Positions 62,841-64,000 of a stretch of 64,000 nt of DNA are shown one piece after another. Source of the stretch: an uncultured Chthonomonadaceae bacterium (GTDB lineage: Bacteria; Armatimonadota; Chthonomonadetes; Chthonomonadales; Chthonomonadaceae); contig CAWIEK010000065.1 in assembly GCA_963835065.1 (NCBI GenBank), positions 1 through 64,000 of the forward strand, read 5' to 3'. The translations under genes and the position numbers were made by a program. A model generated the notes under the pieces. It made no database searches and was not told where the DNA came from. It saw nothing but the letters and a program-made list of their open reading frames with translations. The stretch's first letter is position 1. Each line of letters begins with the position of its first letter.

Positions 62841-62961
62841 CGTACAACCCGTAACAGCGTAACAGGCGTTAAGAAGGAGTGTCAGGCGGCGGCGTCGAAT
62901 AACATCCGCAGCATCTATATGCAAAATTTACTCTGTGAGGACGCTCCCCCTGCCTGCCGCT

Positions 62962-64000
62962 ATGAAAACACTTTTTAAGCAAACATCTTCCGGTTCGAAA
63001 TCCGGCTCAAAATCAATGGTTTTGGCGCTGTGGCTGGCATTGCCGCTCACCATTGTGCCGTTTGGGTTTGGCGGCTTGCCCGCTTCGGCATGGGCGCAGC
63101 GGCATCCGCCGGAATTGCGCGGCAATTATCCCGTTGGCGGCAGCGCGGGCGCGACTACGCGCGTAACCATTGCGGGCATGAGTTTGCGCGGCGCGACGCA
63201 GGTTTTGTTCGACCATCCCGGCATTACGGCCAAAATCGCGCCGCAGGATACGTCGAAATTGCCACTCCCCAATATGGACACGGACGGCAACCCCAACATC
63301 ATTGCCGACATTACGGTTGCGAAAAACGTGCCGCCCGGCGCGTATCGGTTCCGCGTGGTGTCGCCTTCAGGCGTGACGGACGCGGGAACCTGGATGGCGG
63401 GCCGTGCCCTGCCGCAAATCGAAGAAAAAGAACCCAACAACGACATCAATACCGCCCAGGCCGTCACGCTTCCCGTCGCCGTCAACGGGCATATTGACAC
63501 GCAGGGCGATCAGGACGTGTTTCGCGTGACGCTGGCAGCGGGGCAGGCGTTTGTGGCGGATGTGCAGTCCAACCGGGCGGGGCTGCCGCTGGATTCGCTG
63601 CTCACCCTGCGGGACGCGAACGGGCGCGAACTTGCCAGCAACGACGACCACAACGGCCCTGATTCCCTGCTTGTGTATACGCCGTCAATGACAGGCAGCT
63701 ACCTCGTAACAATTTCCAGTTCGGACGGGCAGGGAACGCCGAGCCATGCGTACCGGCTGGAAATGGGCGTTTTGCCGCTGCTGAACGCCGTGTACCCTGC
63801 CGGCGCGCAGATCGGACAACACGCCTCGTGGGTGGCAATGGGTATTAACCTTGACGCAAGTTCCTCGATTGCCGTTTCCGGGAACATTGCGGACAGGCCG
63901 GGAATCGCCCGCGCGTTTGTGGAAGCCGCGCTGATGGGTTCCAACAGCATGCCCGTACTGCTGTCTTCGCTGCCGGCTGTGAACGAACAGGAACCGAACG
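62962..64000 (+). CDS. Secreted PPC-domain protein (runs off window end)
   Basis: Not in ORF track (no stop). Signal peptide; PPELRGNYPVGGSAGATTRVTI; EEKEPNND; DQDVFRV; LDSLLTLRDANGRELASNDD. Confidence 0.85.
   Translation, partial: MKTLFKQTSSGSKSGSKSMVLALWLALPLTIVPFGFGGLPASAWAQRHPPELRGNYPVGGSAGATTRVTIAGMSLRGATQVLFDHPGITAKIAPQDTSKLPLPNMDTDGNPNIIADITVAKNVPPGAYRFRVVSPSGVTDAGTWMAGRALPQIEEKEPNNDINTAQAVTLPVAVNGHIDTQGDQDVFRVTLAAGQAFVADVQSNRAGLPLDSLLTLRDANGRELASNDDHNGPDSLLVYTPSMTGSYLVTISSSDGQGTPSHAYRLEMGVLPLLNAVYPAGAQIGQHASWVAMGINLDASSSIAVSGNIADRPGIARAFVEAALMGSNSMPVLLSSLPAVNEQEPN

Overview
64 kb of GC-rich bacterial chromosome, most consistent with Armatimonadota or a similar soil lineage. This is inferred from the combination of a PEP-CTERM tail, DUF1549/DUF1553 cytochrome, DUF4058, BTAD/SARP regulator and flagellar genes. 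The window opens in the 3' end of a CRISPR ancillary gene (csx15-like); no array or cas core gene is visible. Housekeeping genes include csp, fliC-fliD-fliS, galT, pfkA, queG, uppS, frr, acp, an IscA-type carrier, leuC and xylA. Accessory blocks: (1) a ~4.5 kb AT-richer island (MerR-HTH, fragmented type IIG-like R-M gene, putative nuclease) bracketed by a 134-bp duplication of the galT 3' end; (2) a PAAR / peptidoglycan-binding / phospholipase D effector cassette; (3) a DUF433/PIN toxin-antitoxin pair directly upstream of a nuclease-STAND NTPase (Avs-like); (4) a three-gene unknown envelope cluster; (5) IS3/IS66 remnants. The most striking unexplained signal is a dispersed family of about 18 short-period (7-, 8-, 9-mer) tandem-repeat blocks, often in facing pairs. 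They sit at stop codons, in a 5' UTR, nested inside each other, flanking a whole gene, and in frame inside five proteins. Many single-base frameshifts across unrelated genes suggest uncorrected long-read errors, so pseudogene calls are provisional. All family assignments come from motif recognition by eye; no searches were run.
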